From sequence record CP121101.1: a stretch of DNA of 64,000 bases; one strand, 5' to 3'. Position 1 is the stretch's first letter. Every line of letters begins with the position of its first letter. The notes beneath the pieces are model-generated. The model was not told the DNA's origin and searched no databases. It saw only the letters and a program-made list of their open reading frames with translations. Source of the stretch: a plasmid. This document shows positions 41,140-53,090 of the stretch, piece by piece. The position numbers and the translations under genes were made by a program.

Positions 41140-44113
41140 ATGCCGCGTCGCTTGATCCTCTCGGCCACGGAGCGGGACACACCCTGCTTGCGCTGCCGGA
41201 AAGCCAGGATGACCTGATCCGCTACTACACCTTCAACGACTCCGACCTGTCGCTGATCCGCCAGCGACGCGGCGACGCCAACCGCCTCGGCTTCGCCGTG
41301 CAGCTCTGCCTGCTGCGCTACCCCGGTTACGCGCTGGGAACCGACAGCGAGCTGCCCGAGCCGGTCATCCTGTGGGTGGCGAAGCAAGTCCAGGCCGAGC
41401 CGGCGAGCTGGGCAAAGTACGGCGAGCGCGACGTGACCCGTCGCGAGCATGCCCAGGAACTGCGCACCTACCTGCAACTGGCCCCGTTCGGCCTGTCCGA
41501 CTTCCGCGCCCTGGTGCGCGAGCTAACCGAGCTGGCCCAGCAGACCGACAAAGGCTTGCTGCTGGCCGGTCAGGCCCTGGAGAGCCTACGGCAGAAACGA
41601 CGCATCCTGCCGGCGCTGAGCGTGATTGACCGGGCCTGCTCGGAAGCCATTGCGCGAGCCAATCGGCGGGTCTACCGCGCCCTGGTCGAACCACTCACGG
41701 ACTCGCATCGGGCCAAGCTGGACGAGCTGTTGAAGCTCAAGGCCGGCAGCAGCATCACCTGGTTGACCTGGCTGCGCCAGGCACCGCTGAAACCCAACTC
41801 TCGGCACATGCTGGAACACATCGAGCGGCTGAAGACATTTCAGTTGGTGGACTTGCCCGAAGGCCTGGGCCGGCACATCCACCAGAACCGCCTGCTCAAG
41901 CTGGCCCGCGAGGGTGGGCAGATGACGCCCAAAGACCTCGGTAAGTTCGAGCCGCAGCGCCGCTACGCGACCCTGGCCGCCGTGGTGCTGGAGAGCACCG
42001 CGACCGTGATCGATGAGCTGGTCGATCTGCATGACCGCATCCTGGTCAAGCTGTTCAGCGGCGCGAAGCACAAGCATCAGCAGCAGTTCCAGAAGCAGGG
42101 CAAGGCGATCAACGACAAGGTGCGCCTGTACTCCAGGATCGGCCAGGCGCTGCTGGAAGCGAAGGAAAGCGGCAGCGACCCCTATGCCGCCATCGAGGCG
42201 GTGATTCCCTGGGACGAGTTCACCGAGAGCGTCAGCGAGGCCGAGCTGCTGGCCCGGCCGGAAGGCTTCGACCACCTGCACCTGGTCGGCGAGAACTTCG
42301 CCACCCTGCGCCGTTACACGCCGGCCTTGCTGGAGGTGCTGGAACTGCGCGCCGCGCCGGCCGCGCAAGGCGTGCTGGCAGCCGTGCAGACCCTGCGTGA
42401 GATGAACGCCGACAACCTGCGCAAGGTGCCGGCCGATGCACCCACGGCCTTCATCAAGCCGCGCTGGAAGCCGCTGGTGATCACCCCGGAAGGCCTCGAC
42501 CGGAAATTCTACGAAATCTGCGCCCTGTCCGAGCTGAAGAACGCCCTGCGCTCCGGCGACATCTGGGTCAAGGGCTCGCGGCAGTTCCGCGACTTCGACG
42601 ACTACCTGCTGCCGGCCGAGAAGTTCGCCGCACTCAAGCGCGAGCAGGCCCTGCCCCTGGCGATCAACCCGAACAGCGACCAGTACCTGGAAGAGCGTTT
42701 GCAGCTGCTGGACGAGCAGTTGGCCACCGTCACCCGCCTGGCCAAGGACAACGAGCTGCCCGATGCCATCCTCACCGAGTCAGGGCTGAAAATCACCCCG
42801 CTGGATGCGGCGGTGCCGGATCGGGCGCAGGCGCTGATCGACCAAACCACCAGTTACTGCCGCGCATCAAGATCACCGAACTGCTGATGGACGTGGACGA
42901 CTGGACGGGCTTCAGCCGCCACTTCACCCACTTGAAGGACGGGGCCGAGGCCAAAGACAGGACGTTGCTGCTGTCCGCAATCCTCGGTGATGCGATCAAC
43001 CTCGGGCTGACCAAGATGGCCGAGTCGAGCCCCGGCCTGACCTACGCCAAGCTGTCCTGGCTGCAAGCCTGGCACATCCGCGACGAAACCTATTCGGCGG
43101 CCTTGGCCGAGCTGGTCAACCACCAGTATCGCCACGCCTTTGCCGCCCACTGGGGCGACGGCACGACCTCATCCTCCGATGGCCAGCGCTTCCGCGCGGG
43201 TGGCCGGGGCGAGAGCACCGGGCACGTCAACCCGAAGTACGGTAGCGAGCCGGGACGGCTGTTCTATACCCATATCTCCGACCAGTACGCGCCGTTCAGC
43301 ACCCGCGTGGTGAATGTCGGCGTCCGCGATTCCACCTATGTGCTCGACGGCCTGCTGTACCACGAGTCCGACCTGCGGATCGAGGAGCACTACACCGACA
43401 CGGCCGGCTTCACCGATCACGTCTTTGCCCTGATGCACCTGCTAGGCTTCCGCTTCGCGCCGCGCATCCGCGACCTCGGCGAAACCAAGCTGTACGTGCC
43501 GCAGGGCGTGCAAGCCTACCCGACGTTGCGCCCGCTGATCGGCGGCACCCTGAACATCAAGCACGTGCGTGCCCACTGGGACGACATCCTGCGCCTGGCC
43601 AGCTCGATCAAGCAGGGCACCGTCACCGCCTCGCTGATGCTGCGCAAGCTCGGCAGCTACCCGCGCCAGAACGGACTGGCCGTGGCCCTGCGCGAGCTGG
43701 GCCGGATCGAGCGCACGCTGTTCATCCTGGACTGGCTGCAAAGTGTTGAACTGCGCCGCCGCGTGCATGCCGGCCTGAACAAAGGTGAGGCGCGCAACTC
43801 GCTGGCCAGGGCGGTGTTCTTCAACCGCCTTGGGGAAATCAGGGATCGGAGCTTCGAGCAGCAGCAGCAGCGCTACCGGGCCAGCGGCCTCAACCTGGTG
43901 ACGGCGGCTATCGTGCTGTGGAACACGGTGTACCTGGAACGCGCCACCCAGGGGTTGGTCGAGGCCGGCAAGCCGGTGGACGGCGAGCTGCTGCAATTCC
44001 TGTCGCCGCTGGGCTGGGAGCACATCAACCTAACCGGCGATTACGTCTGGCGGCAGAGCCGCAGACTGGAAGACGGGAAGTTTCGGCCCTTACGGATGCC
44101 CGGAAAACCTTAG
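41140..44113 (+). pseudogene. tnpA: Tn1721/Tn21-subgroup transposase TnpA, two frameshifts (about 41210 and about 42885)
   Basis: [13 protein letters not shown]... start. ORFs 41298..42887 and 42887..44113. Ends ...[12 protein letters not shown], as in Tn21-group TnpA, with the stop inside the IR. Confidence 0.85.
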
Positions 44114-44146
44114 CGTACGATTTTTTCCGAATTCTGCGGGCTCCCC
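44109..44146 (-). repeat. Tn1721-type 38-bp terminal IR (right end)
   Basis: Reverse complement reads GGGGAGCCCGCAGAATTCGGAAAAAATCGTACGCTAAG. Confidence 0.8.
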
Positions 44147-44650
44147 CACACTGGCCAAAGAGTCCGCAGCGGCACGAGCCGTCAGCCCCCTCCACGCAGG
44201 CCAGCGCGAACGCTACCAGAGGCCAGGATCTCGAGATCGGCATGCACACCGAGTAAATCACGCCGCCACCAGGTCCAGCACACCTGCCGGCACCACCAGA
44301 CGCTGTGCCGGGTCCCCTGAACACCGATCCGACCGGCTGCCTAGGGCCACCTGCTGTACAGACCCGCCGGCCGCCGCACCGGAACCTGCCCAGCCTGACC
44401 ACCATGGGTGCCGAGCCAGCGACGCCCCGGGGCCACCGGCAGCCCCCCACCGAATGTAACTCCGATTCGGGAGACAGACCCCCACCACGGGAGCACCGGT
44501 AATCGAGCCACGCCTTGTCGGCGAAAACGGTCTTGGTGTGGTGCGTGGCCTGCTTTGCTTCGTGATAGCGCCCCTCAGATCGACCCCATCTCGTAGCTAG
44601 CCGGAGGGGTGGAGAGTGTCGCGGATCTCGATGTTGGCCCACTCAGTGAC
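44147..44650. repeat. GC-rich degenerate repeat modules homologous to 12160..12500
   Basis: About 80 % identity over about 150 bp starting cacactggccaaagagtccgc..., followed by a ctgaacaccga...caccgaatgtaactccg module. Confidence 0.55.
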
Positions 44651-45758
44651 TCGGACGCAGGTCGAGTGAGTTAGCCAGAGCTGCATTGCATCACGGTCGA
44701 ATTAACGACCGGTGATCGAGGCGACACGAATCACATGCTTGAGTTGTCCAGGACGAAGGGCGGCAGCACGACGGGCGTCGGGTCTTGGGGAGTAGTACAT
44801 GGGACTCTCTCTATTTAATGCCGGTTCACAGCAGTGAACTGAGTGAGCAGGAAAAGGGTCTCCTGGTGATCATACCAGCAGGCCACAGGCGGGGTTCACG
44901 GATAGTTAGGCGAGTGTGTCAGGGCTGGGCACATCAGGAAGGTACACACACGGCGGTGTCGTGACGGCATGCTCTTTCGTGTAATGAGGTCGAGGCTCGG
45001 GCGCTAAGTAGATATGAAGCCCACCTTCGGGCTTCCACATTGGAGAACAGAGCATGAACAAGACTCGTATCAAACAAGGCGCCCGCTGGGCATTCACTGT
45101 CGCCCAGCAGGCGATCACCTAGGCCGCCGTCAGGCTGCTTGGCATGGCCATCCTGTCAGTGGTCGTCAAGACCTGGCCAGTGGTCGCTGTGGCGACTGGG
45201 GGGCTATGTTGAGCCCACGAATAGAAGCGGGGCCACAGGCCCCGCCGATTAGCACGGACTTTTAGAGTGAGACTTTGCTTTCATCTCACAAGGGCAGTCC
45301 AGGAGTCCGCCGAGCACCACACAAAATCACCGGCTCTAGCACAGGACCGTCAGATCCAATCCTCCACGGGGCCGACTGCGGCCCCCACTGCCAACTACTA
45401 GCCCCCGCCTGCGCTGGCCGCCTTGGGCAATGAATTTTCACGGATTCTCAATCTGGATAGTCTGCAAGTAGCCAAATGCCGATAGCCATGCAGCCGAACG
45501 TGGACCCTGTGATTGAATACCGAGCCTGCTGGCCACCGAGTAGTCCAGATCACAACTAAAGGAGGGGGAGGGGGTCGCAGTCGAGTAACTCGAAGTGAAA
45601 AGGCAGGATCCGGCTCATCTATCGATGGTGCTTCACTGACGTGGTTAATGCGGTAGATGCTACTCATGCAGTTCATTATCTCTACGACGTCTTCGAAATC
45701 ACAACATACATCAACAAAAAGCCCCGCTAGGCGGGGCTATTTGCATCTTGCGCCTGGT

Positions 45759-46427
45759 CTATGCGCAGATCTTAACTGGGCGCGGCAACGGCTTACAGGC
45801 GATGATCGCGAGCTGCCATTCGTGGTGCTGGGGGCTACCCCATATCTTATCTGACAATGAAGCCAACTCAGCATCAGAACGGATCTGGTGCAGTTCGCCG
45901 GTCATCAGTTGATAGTGGTACACGTACAGCCGACGATAAAGCGCCTCGGACATTCTGGCCTTCCAGAAGTGCATACCTTCCCCAGTCTGCATGTTATCAC
46001 TCAGGATCACATCATAACGGGCCAGTATATAGCCGAAGAATACCGCAGACGGCAGATCTCGAAGTACAGCCTTGTGGTGCTGATTGAACGAACGCCAAAC
46101 CCGTTGCTGGGTGGCCGGGCGACATTTCAGATCTTCATAGTGAACGATGATCACCTGGTTGTAATAGGCGACCTCAGCCGTATGGTCATTGACCAAGGCG
46201 ATCTCGAATTTGTCGCCACCGAGTCGAGTAGTCACACAGACGAGGCGGTAGCCGGGCGGTAGAGCGATTCCCAACTCCGGCGCAATCTCCTGGATGTGCT
46301 CATGCCCCACCAGAGCTTGATACATCGCCCCGTTGGTTGCGGTCACTTCCAGGTCACGGAATGTTTCTGTGACCTTGTTTGCATCGATAATGAGTTGCGG
46401 CATAGCGTCTCGTAGTTGATTGCTCAT
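45759..46427 (-). CDS. hypothetical protein (222 aa)
   Basis: ORF flanked by hairpin terminators at 45722-45745 and 46474-46494. Confidence 0.45.
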   Translation of the reverse strand: MSNQLRDAMPQLIIDANKVTETFRDLEVTATNGAMYQALVGHEHIQEIAPELGIALPPGYRLVCVTTRLGGDKFEIALVNDHTAEVAYYNQVIIVHYEDLKCRPATQQRVWRSFNQHHKAVLRDLPSAVFFGYILARYDVILSDNMQTGEGMHFWKARMSEALYRRLYVYHYQLMTGELHQIRSDAELASLSDKIWGSPQHHEWQLAIIACKPLPRPVKICA

Positions 46428-46534
46428 ATTTGATTCATGCCTACTCTAACACTCTGGGGCGGGTGACTTCCATAATAATAGACAAAGCCCCGCAACGCGG
46501 GGCAGGACAACCAAAACGAACTGTGTCAGGCAAA

Positions 46535-46927
46535 TCACCGACTGATTTTATCCCGAGGCCTCATGCATTTGAGCCAAAGGCAATAGCAAGCGACTAGGGA
46601 ACCCAGGCAGTAGAGAATGAACGGCAGCACCATCCGATATGAGAAGGGGCTAGGAACCATGCTCGTCGGCGGAATTGACATTATCTTGAAGCTCTTGAAT
46701 TTCGTAGATTTTCCGTCTGCATCAGTCAGATTATAAGTCCCTTCCCAATCAATAGAGAGGTCACCTGCAAGAGTTCTATCATTCGGAAGCACGACTTCCA
46801 CATTGTGGCGAACAAAGCCAACCGATTGCCATTTCATCCCTAAGTGGATGACCCCTATCGCCATCCATAGCCAACACCCACCGGCCAACAAAATCACTGG
46901 CACATACCGAACTTGACTCAATTGCAT
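46535..46927 (-). CDS. hypothetical membrane protein (two predicted TM helices)
   Basis: 130-aa ORF with hydrophobic segments VPVILLAGGCWLWMAIGVIHL and VLPFILYCLGSLVACYCLWL. Confidence 0.4.
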   Translation of the reverse strand: MQLSQVRYVPVILLAGGCWLWMAIGVIHLGMKWQSVGFVRHNVEVVLPNDRTLAGDLSIDWEGTYNLTDADGKSTKFKSFKIMSIPPTSMVPSPFSYRMVLPFILYCLGSLVACYCLWLKCMRPRDKISR

Positions 46928-46998
46928 CTCTCCTAGAACACTAGAAATGTAACGTGGTAGCGATTGACTAGCAAACCACTGAAAATGTTTTTTTGGCT

Positions 46999-48972
46999 CT
47001 AAAGCTTCATTACCTTTTTCCTACGGCTTCCCGCCGCCGCCCGGTTCCAGTCATCCCGCTTATTGCTCTCAATTGATTCCCTTCCTGCTTCCCACGTTCC
47101 GCTGAAAAAATTGGCATCATCTGTTCTACCAACAGCGATTAAGGGGGTTACCAATCGTGAGAAATACACCCTCTTGTGAATCTGAGCCGCAACTTCAAGC
47201 GGCGATCGAGAAGAAGAGAGCATTTTTTTCAATCTGGCGATAGTGTCTGCGTTATCCCTATACCAGAAAGTGACACGAAGATGAGCCGGTTTAAGCGGTA
47301 TAGAGCGGAGAATCGTTTCAAATTCTGACTGTTTGCTTTTGCGTGGGTCATGGCTCGCGATTTGACGCAGCAGTGCGGCATCGGCATCACGCGCCACGAT
47401 TCAAACACCTTAGCTAGGCTGGTCAATTTGCGATCATCGCCCCCCTTGAGCAGGAGGCGAGCGCCGGCCGGTGACTTCTTGGCAGCCTTACGCAATCCTG
47501 ACATTATCCGCTCAACAGCATCCAGGTTGGCTGATAGCCACTCTTTAGGCTTGGTTCTGGCGGATGGACTCGTACTTGATGCCGTAAAACTGAGCCCTTG
47601 CAGTTCCTCCGCCACCTCAGTGCTATACGCCTTACCGCGACCCCGCTTTCTGGGCACATCGATTACTGGAAGTGTAAGGTCCGAATTTGCTACAGACCGA
47701 GCATCCCCGATTGAATGCGATTTAAAGTGAATTTCCGTTGAAAGTGTGAGTCGTTCATCACTTTCCTTTGACTTCACATTTCGATATTTAATATCGACAT
47801 CGATCAGTCCCGCACTCAGAAGTTCGTTAAGGGCCAATGAGAGTTGCCGGCGATCATTGTGGTTGTGCCGACCAGTCTCGCGTGGATGGATTTCACGCAG
47901 GAGCTCAAGAACCGTCATGGGCCGCAGATTCAGAAACACCCTGCGCCCCATTAGCTTGCCTGGCCTAGCTGCGATCCATAGAGCTAGCAGGCGAGCCATC
48001 TGAGAGTTCAACTGAATGACTGCACTTCGATTTATTGGGACGAGCTTTTTAGTGCTCAGATACAAGGTTCGCAGCTCTGGGGTCGGAGATATTTCGATGG
48101 TCCCATCAGGTTCCAACCTCAGAGTACCAACGATATTCGCAATCATGACCGATCTCTTTCGGCTAGTCTCATCCGCATCATCGAGCGTTGGGTAAAATAG
48201 AAGAGCAACGCTCTTTAGCCTTGCAAGCGAATCGACGATTTTTTTGTCCAACAGGTAATCTGACGGCCGCATATCCTCAGGAATCGGTGAGAAAAATCGC
48301 TCTATGGTCATACGAATTGGCTTGATGATGGCTTGCTCAAACCTCTCCTTTGACAGGCGCCCTAACCAATGAGTGATGCAGATATAAGAGACAAAATCCA
48401 TTTTGAGTGTTGAGGGTTGGCCCCCTCAGTGACATATAAGCGTGACCACTGCTAAGCGGAGTGGTCAGGTGGTAAATTCTATGCTCATCCAGTGCTGGTG
48501 GCGTCTTCCCGCTCGCAAGCACGCGGAACATCCCCGTTTTCAGGGTCATATCCAGGTGCAAATCAATGTTCTCAGGGGGAGGGCTGCGATCTGGGTACAA
48601 GGAGCGGGTTTGAACCCTATCGTACTCAACCAAGTAGTCCGTATCTTGTTCTATCACCACGGGAGCTCTTGTGTTAGCCACAGCAGTAGGTTCTGGGTGA
48701 TCCTTTTCTTCAGCTCCCCCTACATTGTGTTCATTGGCTTCATCCACCAGCAACGTCATTTTTTCCATTGCCGGCCAAATGATCTCTAGGGCTCGCTCTA
48801 CTGACAGCTCCGGTGCCGTCGACACAAAATTCAGCAGCATTGACACAGCCGACTTGTTAATTTTCGGTAAAAGTGGGGGCGCCATCACTTTGATGACGTC
48901 AGCACGAAATCCCTGTTTGGTTAAATACGCCTCTAAAATCGCATTCGCGCAGCTAATTTTATCAACGATCAT
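46999..48972 (-). pseudogene. rep: putative iteron-type plasmid replication initiator (Rep), apparently split by frameshifts into ORFs 48337..48972, 47229..48401 and 46999..47397
   Basis: Position immediately downstream of 7 iterons and an AT-rich GATC cluster. Overlapping consecutive ORFs on the same strand. No named family recognised. Confidence 0.45.
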
Positions 48973-49068
48973 GCGTCACCCCCCAACCTGTGCATATGCT
49001 GAATATAACCTGTTCAAAAGCTGTTTATAACCTGTTATCACCTGACAAAATAGTCTCGATAGAGACTC

Positions 49069-49222
49069 CGCGGCATAGTAGATAAGAGACCACGGCATAG
49101 TAGATAGCATATCACGGCATATAACATAGAGCATCACGGCATAGCATATAGAGCATCACGGCATAGTACATAGAGGAACGCGGCATATAACATAGCAGTG
49201 CACGGCATATTACATAAAACAG
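49069..49222. repeat. seven 22-bp iterons (C[A/G]CGGCATA + 13 nt) with exact 22-bp phasing; candidate oriV
   Basis: Copies start at 49069, 49091, 49113, 49135, 49157, 49179 and 49201. Confidence 0.8.
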
Positions 49223-49254
49223 AAAAAAGCCATATACATCACTAAGTTACAACC

Positions 49255-49345
49255 ACCCCATCTTTAAAGATCTTTAACAGATCAAAGATATTAAAAGATC
49301 AGTAGATCAAGAGATCAAAAAAAAGAGATCAATGATCTATAATAA
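49255..49345. promoter_or_regulatory. AT-rich region with 7 GATC (Dam) sites in about 90 bp, origin-unwinding-element-like. More GGATCC/AGATCT sites follow at 49370-49620.
   Basis: Direct reading: agatct, cagatca, agatcag, tagatca, gagatca, gagatca, tgatcta. Confidence 0.6.
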
Positions 49346-49850
49346 GTTGCAGTCGATCTCTTCTCGTTAGGATCCATTTTCGGATTCACAATCCGTTCGC
49401 AGCCCCTGAGCAAGCCTGATTTGAGCCCTAGACAGCTCTCAGATGGAAAGTAGACCCCGTGGCAATACGTTGGTATACCCCGGTGATGAGCGCCCTATAA
49501 ACCGCAATTCCAGCGATTTTATGACTGGGTGAATAACCGCTTAAAAACCGTCCCATCCTATCGGATCCAGACCATAGATCTACTGGATCCAACGTGGATC
49601 CATTTTTTAACAGGACCTCGTTTACCTCACACCATCAATAACCTACAGCTAATCGTTCAGTTCAAGCTTTTCGCTGTAGATCCAAGACACGTTGACCCCA
49701 TACTCTGAACTAGATCCTTAGCAGGGTATGCAAGGATCGATGATCTGAAGATAAAGCGACACAAACAGACGTCCTGAGTTTAAAACACGGTCTCATTCAG
49801 CATCTTCAAGATCCGATTGGGGTAACATATGCCTTTCGATTCGGAGGTAT

Positions 49851-51735
49851 TTGATGAGGACCTTAGCAAGGAAAGGCGATCCCACCAGCACTGGCGGTGC
49901 GATCCAAGACGGGGACAGCAGCTGGCTCAGCGAAGGCTCCCCAACCACCTATATCGGGATGATAGCGACCTGCCCAGCTTGCAAAGTCGGACAGGGCCCT
50001 ATCGTCGCCGTGGGCCCCCGCTCCATCATCGGCCCGGGCGGGCCGGTAGCACTGCAGGGCGATTATGTCGCTTGCGGCTGCCCGCCTATGAGCAACACCA
50101 TACTCCCCGCCCAGGGGACGACAGTCGGCGACAACAAAGGGCCTCGAGCGAAAGCAGCCAGCGCCCCAGCAGAACCACCAGCGCCAGCACCGGCCAGTTC
50201 GCCGGCGACCCCTCTTGTCCCGTTGGTTGACCCCGAGGAACACCGGATCGGCATCTTCTTCGATGGCACCCAGAACAACAGGCACAACAGCGAGCTCAGG
50301 GAGCAATGTGAAGAGGCAAGCGAGGCGGCCTGCAAATCCATAGAGAAGCTGATAGGCACTGAATCCTCATACGACGGCGGCCCAACCAACATGCCCCCGG
50401 CTGCATCAAGCCTATACCGGCCCAGCAATCTACATCGAGGGGATCGGCACTGCTGCCGGCAAGGCTGACACAAAGATCGACATGGCTTTCGGTACCGGTG
50501 CAACTGGCGTCATAGCCAGGTCAAAGGAAGGCCTGGCCAAGATCAGCACCATGATCGCCAGCCTACCCGCCGGCCCGGTAGCTGTGGATGTCTTCGGCTT
50601 TAGCCGGGGCGCTGCAGCTGCGCGACATTTCGTGAACATCCTTCTGGAATCGAACCTGGGGCGCCAGGTGCACGTCGCATTCGTTGGCCTCTTCGATACC
50701 GTAGCAGCCATAGGCCTGGACGCCAGCAATGACGAGAATGCGCCAGTTCGCCTCTACATTGCTCCCGGGGCCGCGGAGAAGGTTGTCCAGCTCGCCGCCA
50801 AGGACGAGTACCGGCTCAATTTTGCGCTTAACTCCGTACAGCCAGACCACACGGAACTCCCGCTATTCGGTACTCATAGCGACGTTGGCGGCGGGTATCT
50901 AGACCAAGTTGAGAAGACGCCAATCATGCGCCCCTATGATGCCATCCTGAAATTTGGTGATGACGCAGCCTATAAGAGATTCCAGGCTGCAGCCAACGCC
51001 AGGCTCCAGGAGGAAGCTATCCCTCTATACAAGGGATATGCGAAAGACAGCAGCCAAATAAAGCCGACCATCAGCTCTTTCTCCGTCGTATCCAAGAGCG
51101 ACGCGCCAATGGTGGGCTATGTGGCCAACGCGATCATGACGCGCACGGTCAAACCTGAACTGCAGCTGCTCGCCGGCCACCTTATGCAGACTATCGCGCA
51201 GGAAAGCGGAGCGCCGCTCACCCCCCTGTCTGAGCCGGTTCCCGGGGCGCTGGCCTTCTTGTTCGACAAGTACCTGGGCCTGTGGCATGGAAGCGGTGAC
51301 CTCAAACTGTCCAAGGAGCAAAACGAGATGCTGATGACGGAGTATGTTCACTGCTCCGATAACTGGACGCCGCTCGGCCCCCTCTACGTGAACGCCCCGC
51401 CCCTAGTAGGGTTCGTCGCGTCTACCAGCAAACACCAGGGAAGTGACCTTATGAAGCGAATAGTCAGTGTCCTAGCCCTCCCCCTCGCACTTGCAGCTTG
51501 TGGCGATACCCAGGAGAAGAAACAGCCCCGTAAGCCGCCAGAGGAGCGGGTGATCAGTGAGCCAGCTCATGGATTTGGCGTCCTTTTTGGCAAGCCAAAC
51601 CCCGATTACACACCGCCAGGGAGGCTAGTTGATAGCCCGGACTTTAAAGTGACTCTCCCAGAGGACCGCTGGGAAGAGGTCACTATCAGCAAAAAAGAGG
51701 GCAAGCCAAGCGCGGCGGCAGGTGTAGATAAGTGA
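49851..51735 (+). pseudogene. PAAR-domain / DUF2235 (Tle1-family phospholipase) fusion, a T6SS-type effector, with a +1 frameshift near 50400
   Basis: The N-terminus is PAAR-like (ARKGDPTSTGGAIQDG, CPACKVGQGPIVAVGP). The DUF2235 hallmarks are IGIFFDGTQNN and DVFGFSRGAAAARHF (GxSxG). ORFs 49851..50468 and 50482..51735. Confidence 0.65.
51451..51735 (+). CDS. putative lipoprotein (94 aa; MKRIVSVLALPLALAAC lipobox) encoded in-frame at the 3' end of the effector ORF; candidate immunity protein
   Basis: Canonical signal peptide with an L-A-A-C lipobox beginning at an internal ATG at 51451. There is no stop codon between it and the DUF2235 domain in this sequence. Confidence 0.35.
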   Translation: MKRIVSVLALPLALAACGDTQEKKQPRKPPEERVISEPAHGFGVLFGKPNPDYTPPGRLVDSPDFKVTLPEDRWEEVTISKKEGKPSAAAGVDK

Positions 51736-51974
51736 GAGCTCGCTGGGCTGTCACTCTCCTGGCGACAGTAGGGGTCTTGGCCATAGCCACCCTGTTTTAC
51801 ACTAGGTCAGATCTACCGAAGGCGGAAAGGCCAGGTATCACCTCCTCCAGTCATGGAGTGGGTGTCCTGTTAGGTTCGCCACAGTACCAGGTGAAAGGTG
51901 AGCTGGTGGAGGGGGGCTTTCTGGATAAGCAGCTGGACGAGAAGGGCAGTACGGAATTGGACGAATACCAGTGA
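51732..51974 (+). CDS. small membrane-anchored hypothetical protein (80 aa)
   Basis: ORF with an N-terminal TM helix (WAVTLLATVGVLAIATLFY). Its start overlaps the upstream stop. Confidence 0.35.
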   Translation: MRARWAVTLLATVGVLAIATLFYTRSDLPKAERPGITSSSHGVGVLLGSPQYQVKGELVEGGFLDKQLDEKGSTELDEYQ

Positions 51975-52003
51975 CACTAGGCCGGCCAGCTGCAATGATG
52001 AAC

Positions 52004-52023
52004 CAATCAATCAATCAATCAAC
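52004..52023. repeat. (CAAT)4-CAAC tetranucleotide repeat 12 nt upstream of the start codon of ORF 52035
   Basis: ccaatcaatcaatcaatcaac followed by an acGGAGGgcaagtgATG RBS and start. Confidence 0.85.
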
Positions 52024-52034
52024 ACGGAGGGCAA

Positions 52035-52409
52035 GTGATGTCCTTTACTGCGATCACCCTTGAGGCCGCCCTGGCCATTGAGCCGGCCAAGCTATCTGGC
52101 GTCATAGACGGGGTACCGGTCAACCCGGCCAAGCCACCAGCCAGAGACATCAAGCACGACGAGCGTGAGCCCGAAGAAATGATTCTGTGGTGGCGCCAAC
52201 CGTACCTGCAATGGAATAGCAATGGGCACTGGGATGTTAGATGCCTCGATGGCGGCGCATGGGATCGCCCCACGTTCATAGGTAACCATGAAGAGCTGGC
52301 CGGTGCCATAGAGCTGGCCAAGAAGCCTACCCGCGCCTATGCCATAGGGGAGCGGCAGGCCCTGGAGAGCGGCGAAGCCCTAATGAGATCGCTGGGGCTT
52401 GATGAATGA
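52035..52409 (+). CDS. hypothetical protein (124 aa)
   Basis: ORF with a GGAGG RBS. Confidence 0.4.
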   Translation: MMSFTAITLEAALAIEPAKLSGVIDGVPVNPAKPPARDIKHDEREPEEMILWWRQPYLQWNSNGHWDVRCLDGGAWDRPTFIGNHEELAGAIELAKKPTRAYAIGERQALESGEALMRSLGLDE

Positions 52410-53090
52410 GCCAAGGGCGCCACATAGGCGCCCTTGTTCTGAGATGAAAACAAGCAGTAAGCTTAACTTTGGTAGGGCACTATAAGCTCAGAGCCCTGAC
52501 AATCGCCCGTTTCGCATCTGTCCTAGTAAGGGCCTTAATAGTATGTGTGGCCCTGCTCAGTCTTGGGGCTAGAGTGACGTGACAAAATGGAATGACGCCG
52601 GCTAGATCACTGGTCACCACATGGGATCCCGGAGTCCAGTAAAACTCGTCGCCCCTACACACCCAACAATGCCTCCCATCAAGCTCGCCGGTGTACTCTA
52701 AATCGGATTGCCTCATAGTTACTCCAAACTCGCCTTTGGTTCCTGGTGGTTACCACTCCAGGATCAGAATATGGCCATGGATTCTCCATATGGCCGTGCT
52801 TGACGCCTGAGTTACCAATTAGCTCTGATTTTCATCATCCAACCCTTCAGCGGTATACCCAACCATGGAGTTTTGGTACCGAACCGCAGCTGTATGGATG
52901 GATACGGATTGAAGAGAATAGCCCCGCCGCAGCAACGACTGCAGACAGCCATGGGTCAGACCCCGTGTTAGCTAGACCAAGTACCAGAAGCATGATGCCA
53001 ATGCCGATCATGTGGCTGGCAGTTACAATGCCATGGGTTCGCAGTCTAGCAATCATTCTGTTCATTTGTGGCGTTCATTCCTCGTCGCAA

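Noticed and set aside
49069-49222. CRISPR array?
   Set aside because: Seven 22-bp repeats, but directly abutting with no spacers, and immediately upstream of a rep gene with an AT-rich GATC block. These are iterons.
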